A stretch of 49,232 nucleotides of DNA from IMG/VR virus record IMGVR_UViG_3300037484_000744, positions 1 through 49,232 of that record; one strand, written 5' to 3'. The notes beneath the pieces were generated by a model, which worked only from the letters and a program-made list of their open reading frames with translations, made no database searches and had not been told where the DNA came from. Below, piece after piece: positions 16,491 to 26,661 of the stretch (position 1 is its first letter; the number at the start of each line of letters is the position of its first letter). The stretch is from a virus. The position numbers were made by a program, and so were the translations under genes.

Positions 16491-17849
16491 ATGACCCTAA
16501 ACGACTTCAGCAACGTAACTACTTCCGGTGACGGGCCCGCGCTGTCTGCGGTCGGTTTCGGCACCCTGCTGGTTGCGGCCTACCACAACGAAACGCTGCC
16601 GCGCACGATGGTGGTGACAGCACTCACCGAGTTGGTGGACGCGGGTCACGCGACGGACAGCGCCGCATACCTCGGCGTGCAGCGCGCGTTTCAGCAAAAT
16701 CCGCGCCCCGTAAGCGTGAAGCTTGGTCGGCTGGCGAACGCACCGGCGATGACGTTTCGCCTCACGCCGGCCAACCTGAACAGCACGCTGTTTGCGTTCC
16801 AGGTGAAGATCGAAGGCGAGGACGCGCTAGACATCAGCATAACGTCCGACTCGGCTTCAAGCGTGGACGAGATCTGCGACGCGCTGGAAACGGCGATCGA
16901 CGCGGGCGCCCTCACGGGCCTCACCACTACGCCCAGCGGAGGCACCGCCACGTACCTGGATCTCATTGCAACGGCCGGGCTCTTCCTCTCGCTCAATGGT
17001 TGGGATTCCGCGGTGTTGTCCGTGGAAGACCGCACGCCGGACCCTGGCATCGAAGCGGACCTACTCGCCATCCGCTCGGCGGACGCCGACTGGTATGGCC
17101 TCGGCATTCCGTACACCGGAGACGCGATCCTCAAGGAAGCGGCCGACTGGGCGGAGACCGAACGCGTTCTGAGCGTCGTCAACATCTCCGACTCGAAAGC
17201 TTACGACAACGGCGACACGACTGACCTGCAGTCGACGCTTGCCGCACTCGAGTACACGCGCACCAACATCATGTTCTCGCTGAGTGATACGGCCAGCATG
17301 GCCGGCATCGGCGCACTGGCAGAGCGTTTCGTGTTCGATCCGAGCGCGCCCCCGGCGGCGGGCGGGACCTTCCACGCCAAGACGATCACCGGTGTGGCCG
17401 CAGACGCTCTGACGCCCACGCAAAAGAGCGTACTGCAGACGAAAGGCTACACCGTGTACGTGTCCACCGCGGGCACCTCGCACACTCTCGGCGGTGCGGC
17501 GGCCGGCGGCGAGTTCCTGGACTACACGCGCTTCAACGACTGGTATAACACCCGCCTCCAGGAAAAGATCGCCACGGCGATCCTGCAAAACGACCGCATC
17601 CCATACGACGAGCGCGGCCTCGCGGTCATTCGGTCTGTCTGCGAAGCGCAGCTGGCAGAGGGACTCCGCTCCGGCGGCGTCAGCCCGCGTGATGCTGACG
17701 GCGTCGAGCCGAGCGTCACCGTGCCGCTCCTTTCTCAGACCACGCTGGCCAATCGCCAAGCGCGTGTGCTGCCGAACGTGCGCACGGCGTACAAGTACGC
17801 GGGCGCGATCCACAAGGTGGACCCCGTTATCATAAACGTTTCGCTGTAA
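16491..17849 (+). CDS. Tail sheath protein (DUF3383-like)
   Basis: 452 aa; RBS GGAGGAG; followed by tube, chaperone and tape-measure genes. Confidence 0.7.
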   Translation: MTLNDFSNVTTSGDGPALSAVGFGTLLVAAYHNETLPRTMVVTALTELVDAGHATDSAAYLGVQRAFQQNPRPVSVKLGRLANAPAMTFRLTPANLNSTLFAFQVKIEGEDALDISITSDSASSVDEICDALETAIDAGALTGLTTTPSGGTATYLDLIATAGLFLSLNGWDSAVLSVEDRTPDPGIEADLLAIRSADADWYGLGIPYTGDAILKEAADWAETERVLSVVNISDSKAYDNGDTTDLQSTLAALEYTRTNIMFSLSDTASMAGIGALAERFVFDPSAPPAAGGTFHAKTITGVAADALTPTQKSVLQTKGYTVYVSTAGTSHTLGGAAAGGEFLDYTRFNDWYNTRLQEKIATAILQNDRIPYDERGLAVIRSVCEAQLAEGLRSGGVSPRDADGVEPSVTVPLLSQTTLANRQARVLPNVRTAYKYAGAIHKVDPVIINVSL

Positions 17850-17864
17850 TCCTAGGAGACTGTC

Positions 17865-18296
17865 ATGGGTACCCTGCACCACTACGATCCAGCCCTCGTT
17901 GATGTGATCGCGTTTCTTACGCGACTCTCGGGGTTCGCAGAGGATTCGATGGTTACCGTCGAAGAGAGCGAGGATGCGTTCTCGCTCAAAGCCGGCGTGG
18001 ACGGAGACTTCACCCGCGTCAAGTTGCTTGGGCGTTCGGCGCTGATCGTCGTGTCACTGATGCAGACCAGCAAGTCTAACGCGTTCCTTTCGGGCGTGCA
18101 CAACCAGGACATTGCTACTGACGGCGGTGCGGGTGTTGGCGCGTTTCTCATTCTCGACCGCAACGGTGCCAGCGTGTTTAAGGCGGGCGACGCGTGGATC
18201 GAGCGCGGCGCGCCTCCGGCGTACGGCAAGGACGTAGGTCCGCGCGAGTGGCGCATCCGCGGCGTGAACTACAAGATCTTGGAGACGGGTACCTAA
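17865..18296 (+). CDS. Tail tube protein (DUF3277-like)
   Basis: 143 aa; RBS AGGAGAC; canonical position after the sheath gene. Confidence 0.65.
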   Translation: MGTLHHYDPALVDVIAFLTRLSGFAEDSMVTVEESEDAFSLKAGVDGDFTRVKLLGRSALIVVSLMQTSKSNAFLSGVHNQDIATDGGAGVGAFLILDRNGASVFKAGDAWIERGAPPAYGKDVGPREWRIRGVNYKILETGT

Positions 18297-18335
18297 GCCC
18301 ACGCGGCGCGGCGCGCAACCGCGTAGGAGACCACC

Positions 18336-18791
18336 ATGCAACCCACGAAGATCCTCACGACGATCGACGGTTTCGTCTACACGGTATCGCACGCACCCGC
18401 GGAACTCGCCATCCCGGCGGCCTTCACTGTGGCGCGCGTCCTAGGCCCCGCAGTTCAAAGCCTGCGCCAGGATCAGGAGATCATGGATGCCCTAGCGTAC
18501 GCGCTGCGGCAGCCTACCATGGCGGCGGACGTGCTGGCACTCAGCCACGCGTTCGCACCGAGCACGATCGTGCAGTTGCCCGGCGGTGCAGAAACGCGCG
18601 TGCTGGACACCGTGTTTTCCACGCACTTCGCTGGCCGTTACGACAAGTGGATCGAGTGGCTCGTCGCCGCGGTCGACCACAACTGTGCAAGTTTTTTAGG
18701 TGGTCTCAAGCCTCTACTCGCAAAGTTCGACCAGGTGGCGGAAGCCAGGTCCGCATCGAACTCCCCGAAGGGTGCCGCGAAGACTGGTTGA
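18336..18791 (+). CDS. Tail assembly chaperone (G-like, zero-frame product)
   Basis: 151 aa; RBS AGGAGACC; lies immediately upstream of the tape measure; contains a slippery heptamer. Confidence 0.65.
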   Translation: MQPTKILTTIDGFVYTVSHAPAELAIPAAFTVARVLGPAVQSLRQDQEIMDALAYALRQPTMAADVLALSHAFAPSTIVQLPGGAETRVLDTVFSTHFAGRYDKWIEWLVAAVDHNCASFLGGLKPLLAKFDQVAEARSASNSPKGAAKTG

Positions 18792-18925
18792 TCTGGCGAG
18801 TGGTGATCTCGCCGGACCTGCACGCTAGCTATGACGCCGTGGCCAAATGGCCGCTGCCGCGCGTTATTGCCGCGATTGAATTGACGGACATTTTAGCCGA
18901 GATGCGCGCCCGCCCGCCCGCGTGA
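18336..18925 (+). CDS. Frameshift-extended tail assembly chaperone (G-T-like fusion; slip at 18692-18698)
   Basis: The -1 frame (part of ORF 18194..18925) continues ...FFRWSQASTRK...DILAEMRARPPA and ends 13 nt before the tape-measure ATG. Confidence 0.5.
18692..18698 (+). other. Slippery heptamer T_TTT_TTA for a -1 programmed ribosomal frameshift
   Basis: Zero-frame codons are agT TTT TTA. The -1 frame is open from here to the TGA at 18923-18925. Confidence 0.55.
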
Positions 18926-18938
18926 GGTAGACTACGCT

Positions 18939-20657
18939 ATGGCCGCGCTACGCGAAGTATTCGCCCGCTTCGGGTTCGAGTTCGACGGCAAGCAAAAGCT
19001 TGCTGATGCGGATCGCGGCGTCGACAAGTTGGCCACCGGCGTGGCGGCCGTCGGCGCAGCGCTCGCCGGTAGCGCCGTGTTCGCGGGGTTGAAGGACTTC
19101 GCGGCGCAGCTGGACGTGTTCGACGATCTGTCTGCTCAGACCGGGCTAGCCACGGACAGCATACAAGAGCTCACGTACGCGGCGGAGGTCAACGGTTCCA
19201 GCACGCAGGAGATGGTGGGCGCGCTCACCCTGTTGCAAAAGTCGCTTGGCAAAACCACGGAGGCGACGGGCCCGCAGGTCGACGCACTCAAAGCGCTTGG
19301 CGTTGCGACGGAAGACGCGGCCGGCGCGCCGCGGCGTTTGGCGGACGTGCTACCGGAAGTGTTCGCTAACTTCTCGGGGTTGAGCTCCGAGGCAGAGAAG
19401 GCGCGCGTCGCGACGGACCTATTCGGGCGCAGCGGCGTGAAGCTCATTCCGACGTTGAACCGCGGCGCGGAAGGCATGGCGGAGTTCCGTAAGGAACTGG
19501 ACGAGGTGGGCGGCGTTGTGTCGGGCGACACCATCGCTGCGGCCGGTGATTTCCGCGATGACATCGTGCGCATGGATCGCGCGCTGTTCGGTTTGAAGGG
19601 GACGCTCGCCGCGAGTGTCTTCCCGCAGCTCTCCAAGATCATCACCATGTTCAGCGTGGGCGTCGGTAAGATGTCCGCGTTCATTGGGCAGACCACGCTA
19701 GCGGACACCGCAACCAAAGCACTGAGCGTCACGCTCGGAATGAAGCTGGCTTCCGCGCTGGCGCCGTACCTGAAGAGCGGCCTAAAGTTCGGCGCTATCT
19801 TCCTAGCGGTGGACGATCTGTTGGCGTTCCTAGATGGCAAGGACTCCTTGATCGGGCGCTTGCTGGATAGCGCGTTCGGCGCCGGCACCGCGGCCGTGGT
19901 GCGTGCGTGGGTGAATGATGCCATCGCGCAATTCTCCAGGTTCCGGGACAGCGCAGAGGAAACGTACCAAGCGCTCACTGACAGTAACGCAAGCTTTACT
20001 ACGAGGGCGCTCGCCACGTTCGTGGGTTTCCTACGTGACGCTGCGGGCGGGTTCCCGGCATTCCGGGCTGGCTTCGCGGCTATGCTCGTGGAGATCGGCA
20101 TCGACCTAAACATGGCCGTGCTGAATATGGAAAACCGGTGGAACGCTTTCATCGGAAAGCTTTCGATCCCGGACAGCGTCAAGGAGGCGCTTTCGATCGA
20201 CACCTCTGACACTGCACGCGGTGTGCAGGGCGCACAGGTGGACGCCGAGCGACTTCGAGAAGAACAGGCCTTCCACCTGCGCGGTGGGCGTGACGCCATT
20301 GACCAGAGCACGCGCGCGCAGGGGTTCCAACCGCCGGCCCCCGGTGCCGTGCGCAAAGGCCGCACCCTTGGCGCGGGTGAGGCGTTCGACGTGGCCCCCA
20401 TGCGCAGCGCCCCACTCCCGGGCCTTGGAGGTGGCGCGGCCGCGCTGCCCACGGCGCCGCTGCCGGGCCTTGGCGGGGCAGGGTACCTGCCTGCTGCGGC
20501 CGTGACTCCGCCCGCAGTCAACGCGCCCACGCTCAACCAAACCAACCACTACAACGTGACCACCGCGGACCCACGCGCGGCCGCGCGTGAGGTGGCCAAC
20601 CAGCAAGGTGGCGCGAACCGCTCGGCAATGGCAGCACTCACACAGAGGGCGAAGTAA
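18939..20657 (+). CDS. Tail tape measure protein
   Basis: 572 aa; Ala/Gly/Leu-rich helical protein with internal hydrophobic segments; position after the chaperone. Confidence 0.8.
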   Translation: MAALREVFARFGFEFDGKQKLADADRGVDKLATGVAAVGAALAGSAVFAGLKDFAAQLDVFDDLSAQTGLATDSIQELTYAAEVNGSSTQEMVGALTLLQKSLGKTTEATGPQVDALKALGVATEDAAGAPRRLADVLPEVFANFSGLSSEAEKARVATDLFGRSGVKLIPTLNRGAEGMAEFRKELDEVGGVVSGDTIAAAGDFRDDIVRMDRALFGLKGTLAASVFPQLSKIITMFSVGVGKMSAFIGQTTLADTATKALSVTLGMKLASALAPYLKSGLKFGAIFLAVDDLLAFLDGKDSLIGRLLDSAFGAGTAAVVRAWVNDAIAQFSRFRDSAEETYQALTDSNASFTTRALATFVGFLRDAAGGFPAFRAGFAAMLVEIGIDLNMAVLNMENRWNAFIGKLSIPDSVKEALSIDTSDTARGVQGAQVDAERLREEQAFHLRGGRDAIDQSTRAQGFQPPAPGAVRKGRTLGAGEAFDVAPMRSAPLPGLGGGAAALPTAPLPGLGGAGYLPAAAVTPPAVNAPTLNQTNHYNVTTADPRAAAREVANQQGGANRSAMAALTQRAK

Positions 20658-21433
20658 TGCGACCCGTTGACGATCTGCCGTACATCGAATTTGAGAACGC
20701 CGCGGGTGCGGTGGAGCGCATCTACGCGGACGCGTGGGAAAGCGAAGACTTCACCGCCGCCAGTGAGGTGAGCGAGAACGCCGTGGAGTCGGGCGCCAAG
20801 ATCGCCGATCACATCACGTTAAGCCCGACCGAGTTCAGGTGTCGTCTGCTGTTCAGCAATTCGCCCATCCGCGGTGACCTGGATCCGGAGGCACCCGGGC
20901 GCGTGCGCGCCGTTTCGATCGAGGTGCCCACGTACCCCAATCTGACGCCGCTGCTTTCGGTGGGCGGCATCACGCAAGCGGTGGGCGCCGGCATTGACTC
21001 GTTGGCAAACGCTGTGGGCCTCGGCACCGCGCCAGGCCTGCAGGATAGGGCAACCGTACTCACATTCGAGGCACCACCCAACCGCCCCTCACGCATGCTC
21101 CAAAAGCTTTTGGAACTGCGGGCCGCCAAGAAACTGGTTACGGTTGGCGGGAGCCTGCTGCGCATAGAGAACATGTGGCCGAGCGAGATCCACGTGGGCC
21201 GCACGAAGGACGACGGAGACAGCGCCGGGATCGATCTGACGCTGCAGCAATTGGAGTTCGCGGACACGGAGTCAGCCGAGGCGATACCCTTGCCACTCGA
21301 GCCGCGCGGCCAGAAAAAGAAGAGCGCCGGCAACGGCCAAGGAACGGAGATGCCGGAGGGCCCGCAGAAGAGCGCCATGGCGGCGCTGGTTGACGCCGCC
21401 GCCGCGCTGGTTGACGCTGCGCGAGGAAGGTAA
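20657..21433 (+). CDS. Tail/baseplate assembly protein (position of Mu gp43 DNA-circulation-like protein)
   Basis: TAATG-coupled to the tape measure; synteny only. Confidence 0.45.
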   Translation: MRPVDDLPYIEFENAAGAVERIYADAWESEDFTAASEVSENAVESGAKIADHITLSPTEFRCRLLFSNSPIRGDLDPEAPGRVRAVSIEVPTYPNLTPLLSVGGITQAVGAGIDSLANAVGLGTAPGLQDRATVLTFEAPPNRPSRMLQKLLELRAAKKLVTVGGSLLRIENMWPSEIHVGRTKDDGDSAGIDLTLQQLEFADTESAEAIPLPLEPRGQKKKSAGNGQGTEMPEGPQKSAMAALVDAAAALVDAARGR

Positions 21434-21436
21434 CGT

Positions 21437-21763
21437 ATGCTGACGTTAGGCCTGCCCACGGAGACAGCGAGCTACCAACTGCGCGCGGAGTTGGAAGGTG
21501 TGAGCTTTCTGATCGACATGCACTGGAACGAGCGCCAAGCCGCGTGGCTCATGTCGTTAGCGACGGACGACGGAACGGCGCTCGTGCACGGCGTGACGGT
21601 CGTGTGCAACCGGCTGCTACTGCGCCGGTACAAGTACCGCACCGGCATGCCTGCGGGTGACTTGATGGCCATGGATCCGACGAGGGAGACAGACACCCCG
21701 GGGTATGACCAGCTTGGTACCACGATTCAGCTGGTGTACGTGACGGAAGCGGAGTTGGCGTGA
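21437..21763 (+). CDS. Baseplate-module protein (108 aa)
   Basis: Synteny only. Confidence 0.45.
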   Translation: MLTLGLPTETASYQLRAELEGVSFLIDMHWNERQAAWLMSLATDDGTALVHGVTVVCNRLLLRRYKYRTGMPAGDLMAMDPTRETDTPGYDQLGTTIQLVYVTEAELA

Positions 21764-22596
21764 CGCAGCTGCGCGATCGGGTGATTGATTTGCAGGTGGA
21801 CACGCTGCGCATTCGCGGCGTAGGTACGCCCGGGCTGCGCGTCTCGTTCAAGGCTTGCAAAACGCTAAAGCCAGAGCCCAACACTTGCGATATCACGATC
21901 TACAACCTGTCCCCCGATCACCGGGCGCAGCTAACGCGCGTGAAGGAACCCGTGGTTACGCTAGCTGCCGGGTACCCGAACGAGCTCACCCAAGTATTCT
22001 ACGGACAGGCCATCCACGTGCGGCACGAGCGCAAGGGCGGCAGCATCATGACAACGGTGTCCACAACGGACGGCGGCACCAAGGTGCAGAAGGGGCGCGC
22101 ACACGTGGCGCTTGGCGCTGGCGCGAAACCGGGGGACGTGCTGCGCGCACTCGCGAAGTCGCTTAACCTCAAAGCCGGCAACCTGGAAGCAACGATCAGA
22201 AAGCTCAATACCGGCAAGGCAGCGAGCATGTACGTCGAGGGTGTGTCAATATCAGGCCACGCCATGCACGAGATTACCACGCTCTGCCGCAGCGCGGGCT
22301 TGGAGTGGAGCATTCAAGATGGGCAGCTGCAGTTCCTTGATGCAGGCAAGGCCGGCACGCAGTTCGCCACGGTGCTTGGCCCGCGCCTGTTGCTCGGTAC
22401 GCCAAGTGTGAGCAGCCTCAACGTGGTGGAGGGGCGTACGTACCTCCAGAAAGATTTCAATCCGGGTCGGCAGGTGCAAATCAAATCGGAGTTCTGCAAT
22501 GGCGCTTTCCGTCTGGAGAAATGCGAGTACATGGGCGACACCCACGGAGACGAGTGGGCCGTCAACTTCGAAGCGAAAGGACCACCACCAAAATGA
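21760..22596 (+). CDS. Baseplate hub protein (Mu gp44 / P2 gpD-like position)
   Basis: GTGA-coupled start; 278 aa; lies upstream of the spike gene. Confidence 0.5.
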   Translation: MTQLRDRVIDLQVDTLRIRGVGTPGLRVSFKACKTLKPEPNTCDITIYNLSPDHRAQLTRVKEPVVTLAAGYPNELTQVFYGQAIHVRHERKGGSIMTTVSTTDGGTKVQKGRAHVALGAGAKPGDVLRALAKSLNLKAGNLEATIRKLNTGKAASMYVEGVSISGHAMHEITTLCRSAGLEWSIQDGQLQFLDAGKAGTQFATVLGPRLLLGTPSVSSLNVVEGRTYLQKDFNPGRQVQIKSEFCNGAFRLEKCEYMGDTHGDEWAVNFEAKGPPPK

Positions 22597-23270
22597 CCGA
22601 CCGTGGAAGTCCGGAGCTACCCGAACTGATAGCTGCAGCGATCGACAGCGCGCTAAAAAACGTTCACGTTTCGATGCCTGGCATCGTGACGAAGTACAGC
22701 GCCGCGTCCAAGACGGTGGACGTGCAACCCGCGTGCACACGCCCTGTGGAAAAGGAAGACGGCGGCGTGGTATACGAAAAGCTTCCGGAGTGTCGCAACG
22801 TACCGATCGCCTACCAGGGCGCGACGCAGCTCAGTCTGACGTTCCCCCTGGCGGTGGGCGATAGCGTCATGCTCGTGTGGCAAGACTACAGCTTCGCCGG
22901 TTGGCGAAGGCGCGGCAAGGTGAGCGACCCCCAAGACACGCGCCACAACGGCCCGGGGTACCCCGTGGCGGTGCCTTGGTACCGCCCAGACGGCGGGGCG
23001 GGGGAAAACGACGCGGGCGCTAGCATCGGCCTACCGGGCGGACTGCGGCTGACGTTCTGGGAGAGCGCCATCAGCGCCGGCACCGGGGTTTCATTCGTGG
23101 CGCTGGCGACCAAGGTGGACCTCGCGCTGGCCGCGCTGTCCGCGTGGGCCGCGGCGTTCTCGCCGGGCGGTGCCCCCGGCGCAGCAACGGGCGCCACGGC
23201 CGGCGCAGCGCTGGTAAGCGCGCTGTCCGGCGTGGGCAGCGTTGCGAGCTCGAACCTGAAAGCTGACTGA
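22593..23270 (+). CDS. Baseplate central spike protein (gpV / Mu gp45 / Gp138_N-like)
   Basis: ATGA-coupled start; N-terminal MPGIVTKY...VDVQP OB-fold-like pattern; Ala/Gly-rich C-terminus. Confidence 0.6.
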   Translation: MTDRGSPELPELIAAAIDSALKNVHVSMPGIVTKYSAASKTVDVQPACTRPVEKEDGGVVYEKLPECRNVPIAYQGATQLSLTFPLAVGDSVMLVWQDYSFAGWRRRGKVSDPQDTRHNGPGYPVAVPWYRPDGGAGENDAGASIGLPGGLRLTFWESAISAGTGVSFVALATKVDLALAALSAWAAAFSPGGAPGAATGATAGAALVSALSGVGSVASSNLKAD

Positions 23271-23283
23271 AACAGGGCCTACC

Positions 23284-23694
23284 GTGGGCCGCGCGTCGCG
23301 CGTGGTACCCTATAGCGTGCCCATCCCCCGAGACTTCCTGCAGGACAACACCGGCGATTGGGACCTGTCAAAGGGTCTCGTGCGTACGTCCGCCACGGAT
23401 ATCCAGCAGTTCGTCCGGCAGAAGATCACGGAGGTCACGCAGGTGTTTCTTGGGGAGTACTTCCTTAACCTTCGCATCGGCGTGCCGATCTTCCGCGACG
23501 TGTGGGGGCAACGCTTCGATCACAAGCTTGTGTCGACGCTGTACCGCCGGGTGCTGCTCAAAGCGCAGGGAGTCTCGGACGTGGTGCAACTGAGCCTCGC
23601 ATTCGACTCCCGCACGCGGAACCTATCCATCACCGGCAAGGTCCGAACCGTAGCGGGAACCGTCGTTCCATTTAGCGAATTGATTTTGGAGTAA
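23284..23694 (+). CDS. Baseplate wedge protein (gp25/W-like)
   Basis: 136 aa; lies immediately upstream of the Baseplate_J gene. Confidence 0.5.
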   Translation: MGRASRVVPYSVPIPRDFLQDNTGDWDLSKGLVRTSATDIQQFVRQKITEVTQVFLGEYFLNLRIGVPIFRDVWGQRFDHKLVSTLYRRVLLKAQGVSDVVQLSLAFDSRTRNLSITGKVRTVAGTVVPFSELILE

Positions 23695-23696
23695 AC

Positions 23697-24884
23697 ATGC
23701 CCGGAGTAACAGTCGACGGCTTCGAGATCAAATCCCTGGAACAGATCTTGGAAGACATCCGCGCGCGCCAACGTGCGGCGCCGGAGATTGGGCCGAGCGT
23801 GGACCTCAGCGACACTAGCTCACTTGGGCAGCTCAACAGCACCGTTGCTAGCGAGATCGCAGAGCTGTGGGAGCTAGGGGCGGACGTGTACTCCAGCGCC
23901 GACCCGGAGGCGGCTGTTGGCGTTTCCCTCGACAACGTTGCGTCGCTCACCGGCACCACGCGGCGCGAGGCCGCGCCCACGCGCGTCGCGGTAACACTCA
24001 ACCTTGACCCGGGCGTGACGGTGCCGGCGGGTTCGCTGTGCGCCGTGGACGGGCGTGACGATCTGACTTTCGAGATTGAGGCGGACGTGGAGAACGCGGG
24101 CGTGAGCGCCGATGACTTCGAAGGGGTCGCGGTCAGCACCACGGACGGCCCCATCCCCGTGACCGCGGGAACGCTTACCAGCATCGTCACTCAGATCTCG
24201 GGGTGGAACAGCGTGACGAACGCGGAAGACGGCGAAACCGGGCGCAACGCAGACACCGAAACCGAACTCCGAGAACGCCGCAGCGGGCAACTCGCCTTGC
24301 GCGGCGGATCCACCGTGCGCGCCATCCGCGCGGACCTGTTGGAACTCGAAGAGATCGAAGAGTGCACGGTGCTGGAGAACACCACCAACAGCGTTGACGC
24401 GAATGGGCTTCCACCCAAAAGCTTTGAAGCGATGATTGACGACGGTGACCCCAGCGCGGGGGACGACGACGAGATCGCCCAAGTGATTTGGGGCGTTAAA
24501 CCCGCGGGTATCGAACCCTACGGCGCGACCGGGGACGAAGGTACCGCGACCGACCCGGACGACGGCACCGAGTACACCATCCCGTTCACGCGCATTCTGC
24601 GCCGCGAGATTTGGGTGGAGATCACGGTGCTCAAAGGCGCTGGATGGCCCGTCGACGGCGCGGCGCAGGTGGCCGCAAAGATCGGCGAACTGGCGCTGCG
24701 CACGGGCGCGGACGTAATCGCCCTGTTCGTTCGTTCGCAGGCCTTCGGAGTCGCTGGCGTGGTGGACGTGCCCGACTTTGCGATCGGGTTCAGTGCGAGC
24801 CCGACGCTAGACGACAACCTACCAATCACCACGCGCGAGCGTGCAGTGTTCGACACCAGCCGCGTGACAGTAACGGTGACTTGA
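23697..24884 (+). CDS. Baseplate J-like protein
   Basis: N-terminal FEIKSLEQILEDIRARQRA...LDNVASLTG pattern typical of the Baseplate_J family. Confidence 0.8.
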   Translation: MPGVTVDGFEIKSLEQILEDIRARQRAAPEIGPSVDLSDTSSLGQLNSTVASEIAELWELGADVYSSADPEAAVGVSLDNVASLTGTTRREAAPTRVAVTLNLDPGVTVPAGSLCAVDGRDDLTFEIEADVENAGVSADDFEGVAVSTTDGPIPVTAGTLTSIVTQISGWNSVTNAEDGETGRNADTETELRERRSGQLALRGGSTVRAIRADLLELEEIEECTVLENTTNSVDANGLPPKSFEAMIDDGDPSAGDDDEIAQVIWGVKPAGIEPYGATGDEGTATDPDDGTEYTIPFTRILRREIWVEITVLKGAGWPVDGAAQVAAKIGELALRTGADVIALFVRSQAFGVAGVVDVPDFAIGFSASPTLDDNLPITTRERAVFDTSRVTVTVT

Positions 24885-25519
24885 TGTCGACCGAGATCAC
24901 ACTACCCGGAGGGGCCGTCGTCCTTGTGCCTGAGTCTGTAACGGACATCGGGGACGTATCAATCCATCAACACCAAGCGGTGCTCAACACAGTGGAGCGG
25001 TGGCGTAAGGAAAAGTTCCAAGCGGTGCAGCGCAGCTACGCGCCGGAGCTGCAGGAAGTAGAGAACGCGCTTTGGCAGGTGATGATCTCGCGCCTCGTGG
25101 ATTACGCGTTCGGCGCGAGCCTTGACATGCTCGGGCGCGTTGTTGGCGAGGCGCGGCTAGGTCGCGCGGACCCGGGTTACCGTGTGCGCATCCGCGCGCG
25201 CATCGCCATCAACCAAAGCTTTGGAACGATCCCGGACCTGCTACTGGTGTTGCGCATCCTGAACCCCGAGCTCACGCCGCGCATCGTTGAGCACTACCCC
25301 GCGGCGATCACGGTGGACCTTGGCGGTACGCCATCGGCTAGCGGCACGTGGGCAGAAATCTCGGACTTGCTGGGCGAGACGCGCGCGGCGGGCGTGGCGC
25401 TGCATGTGAGCATCCCCACGCGAGCGCGGGCGTGGCGTTTCAATCAAGCGGGGCGGGCGTGGGGATTTGGGGGCTCCACGGAAATTGGTGGTATGCTTAC
25501 GGACGGTAGGAGATCATGA
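24884..25519 (+). CDS. Baseplate wedge / tail protein I-like (DUF2612-like)
   Basis: TGATG-coupled start; 211 aa; position after J. Confidence 0.5.
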   Translation: MSTEITLPGGAVVLVPESVTDIGDVSIHQHQAVLNTVERWRKEKFQAVQRSYAPELQEVENALWQVMISRLVDYAFGASLDMLGRVVGEARLGRADPGYRVRIRARIAINQSFGTIPDLLLVLRILNPELTPRIVEHYPAAITVDLGGTPSASGTWAEISDLLGETRAAGVALHVSIPTRARAWRFNQAGRAWGFGGSTEIGGMLTDGRRS

Positions 25520-26658
25520 CGCAACCCTCTCGCATTCCGGTCATCGCCACCGAAACGGACCCGTATGACGCTCCAGGTGAGGCGTGGGATGGCGCCGCGC
25601 GCATCACCGAAATGGACGCGGCGGTGGTGGCGGACGGCTTCGAGCCTGACGCGCCAATGAACGCGCAGGACGCGAATTGGCTCCTGAACAATATCGGCAA
25701 GCACCTCGCGTCGCTGGCGCCCATGGCGGTGGACAATTGGAGTCCGCAACGGTCCCAAGCCGGAACGTTTCGCGCGCACAGCAACCGCGGGCGCATGTTT
25801 TCGATCGGCACCACGCGCTTGGGGTGGGAGGTTGGTGCAGTTGCGAGCGGGTTCTATTCCAGTGATCTGAATTACAACGTTTGGACCGACCCCGCGGTTA
25901 GTCCAGGCTTCACGAACGTGAGCCCCGCCGCATATGGCGCTGGCGTCGTGGTGGTGATTAGCACCGATGACGGCACCGCGCGTCAGACATCTAACCTAGG
26001 TGCGACGTGGTCGGGCGCGGGTACGCTCTCGGCTTCGGGTTGCGTGGGCGTGCACTACTTCGAGGCCGTACCCATGTGGCTCGCGCCCGGTGCTACCGGC
26101 GGAGACAACTACATCGCTTACGACGCAGACCTCAGCGGCTCATGGGTAACGCAGCCGGTCCCCGCGGGCGTGCTGGCCGACACCATTACCCTGATCGACA
26201 TCGTTTCGAACGGGTCGGAGTGCTTGGCCGCGTACAGCAACGGGCATATCATCCGCTCGACGAACGGCACCTCATGGGTAGACGCTGGAGATGTGTCCGG
26301 CGGCACATCGTGGGTAGGCTTGGCGTGGAGTGAATCCCACGGGTTGTGGGCGGCGGTGGCGACGGATGGCGAGATTTATTTCTCCCCGACGGGCGCTGTG
26401 TGGTCGGCGGGGCCGACCGGCATCGCCGGTGCGGCCGGTGATCGCGTTGCGGCGCTCGGCCGCTATTGGGTGTACCCCACGTCCGGGTACATTGCGCGCT
26501 TCGACCAAGACGAGGTGGTCCAGATTGGCGAAACGCTGGTCGGTGCAAGCCAAGGCGTGCGCAGCATCCACCGCCACGGCGATCAGTTGGTGATCTCGTT
26601 CGTCGACTCGTCCAGTGACCTAAACTACAAGTTCTCTCTTCGATTGACGGGCGGTTAA
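25516..26658 (+). CDS. Tail fibre / receptor-binding protein with beta-propeller (BNR/Asp-box-like) repeats
   Basis: N-terminal NAQDANWLLNNIG fibre-like motif; repeated S-x-x-G-x-(T/S)-W elements (SNLGATWS, STNGTSWV). Confidence 0.6.
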   Translation: MTQPSRIPVIATETDPYDAPGEAWDGAARITEMDAAVVADGFEPDAPMNAQDANWLLNNIGKHLASLAPMAVDNWSPQRSQAGTFRAHSNRGRMFSIGTTRLGWEVGAVASGFYSSDLNYNVWTDPAVSPGFTNVSPAAYGAGVVVVISTDDGTARQTSNLGATWSGAGTLSASGCVGVHYFEAVPMWLAPGATGGDNYIAYDADLSGSWVTQPVPAGVLADTITLIDIVSNGSECLAAYSNGHIIRSTNGTSWVDAGDVSGGTSWVGLAWSESHGLWAAVATDGEIYFSPTGAVWSAGPTGIAGAAGDRVAALGRYWVYPTSGYIARFDQDEVVQIGETLVGASQGVRSIHRHGDQLVISFVDSSSDLNYKFSLRLTGG

Positions 26659-26661
26659 CCC

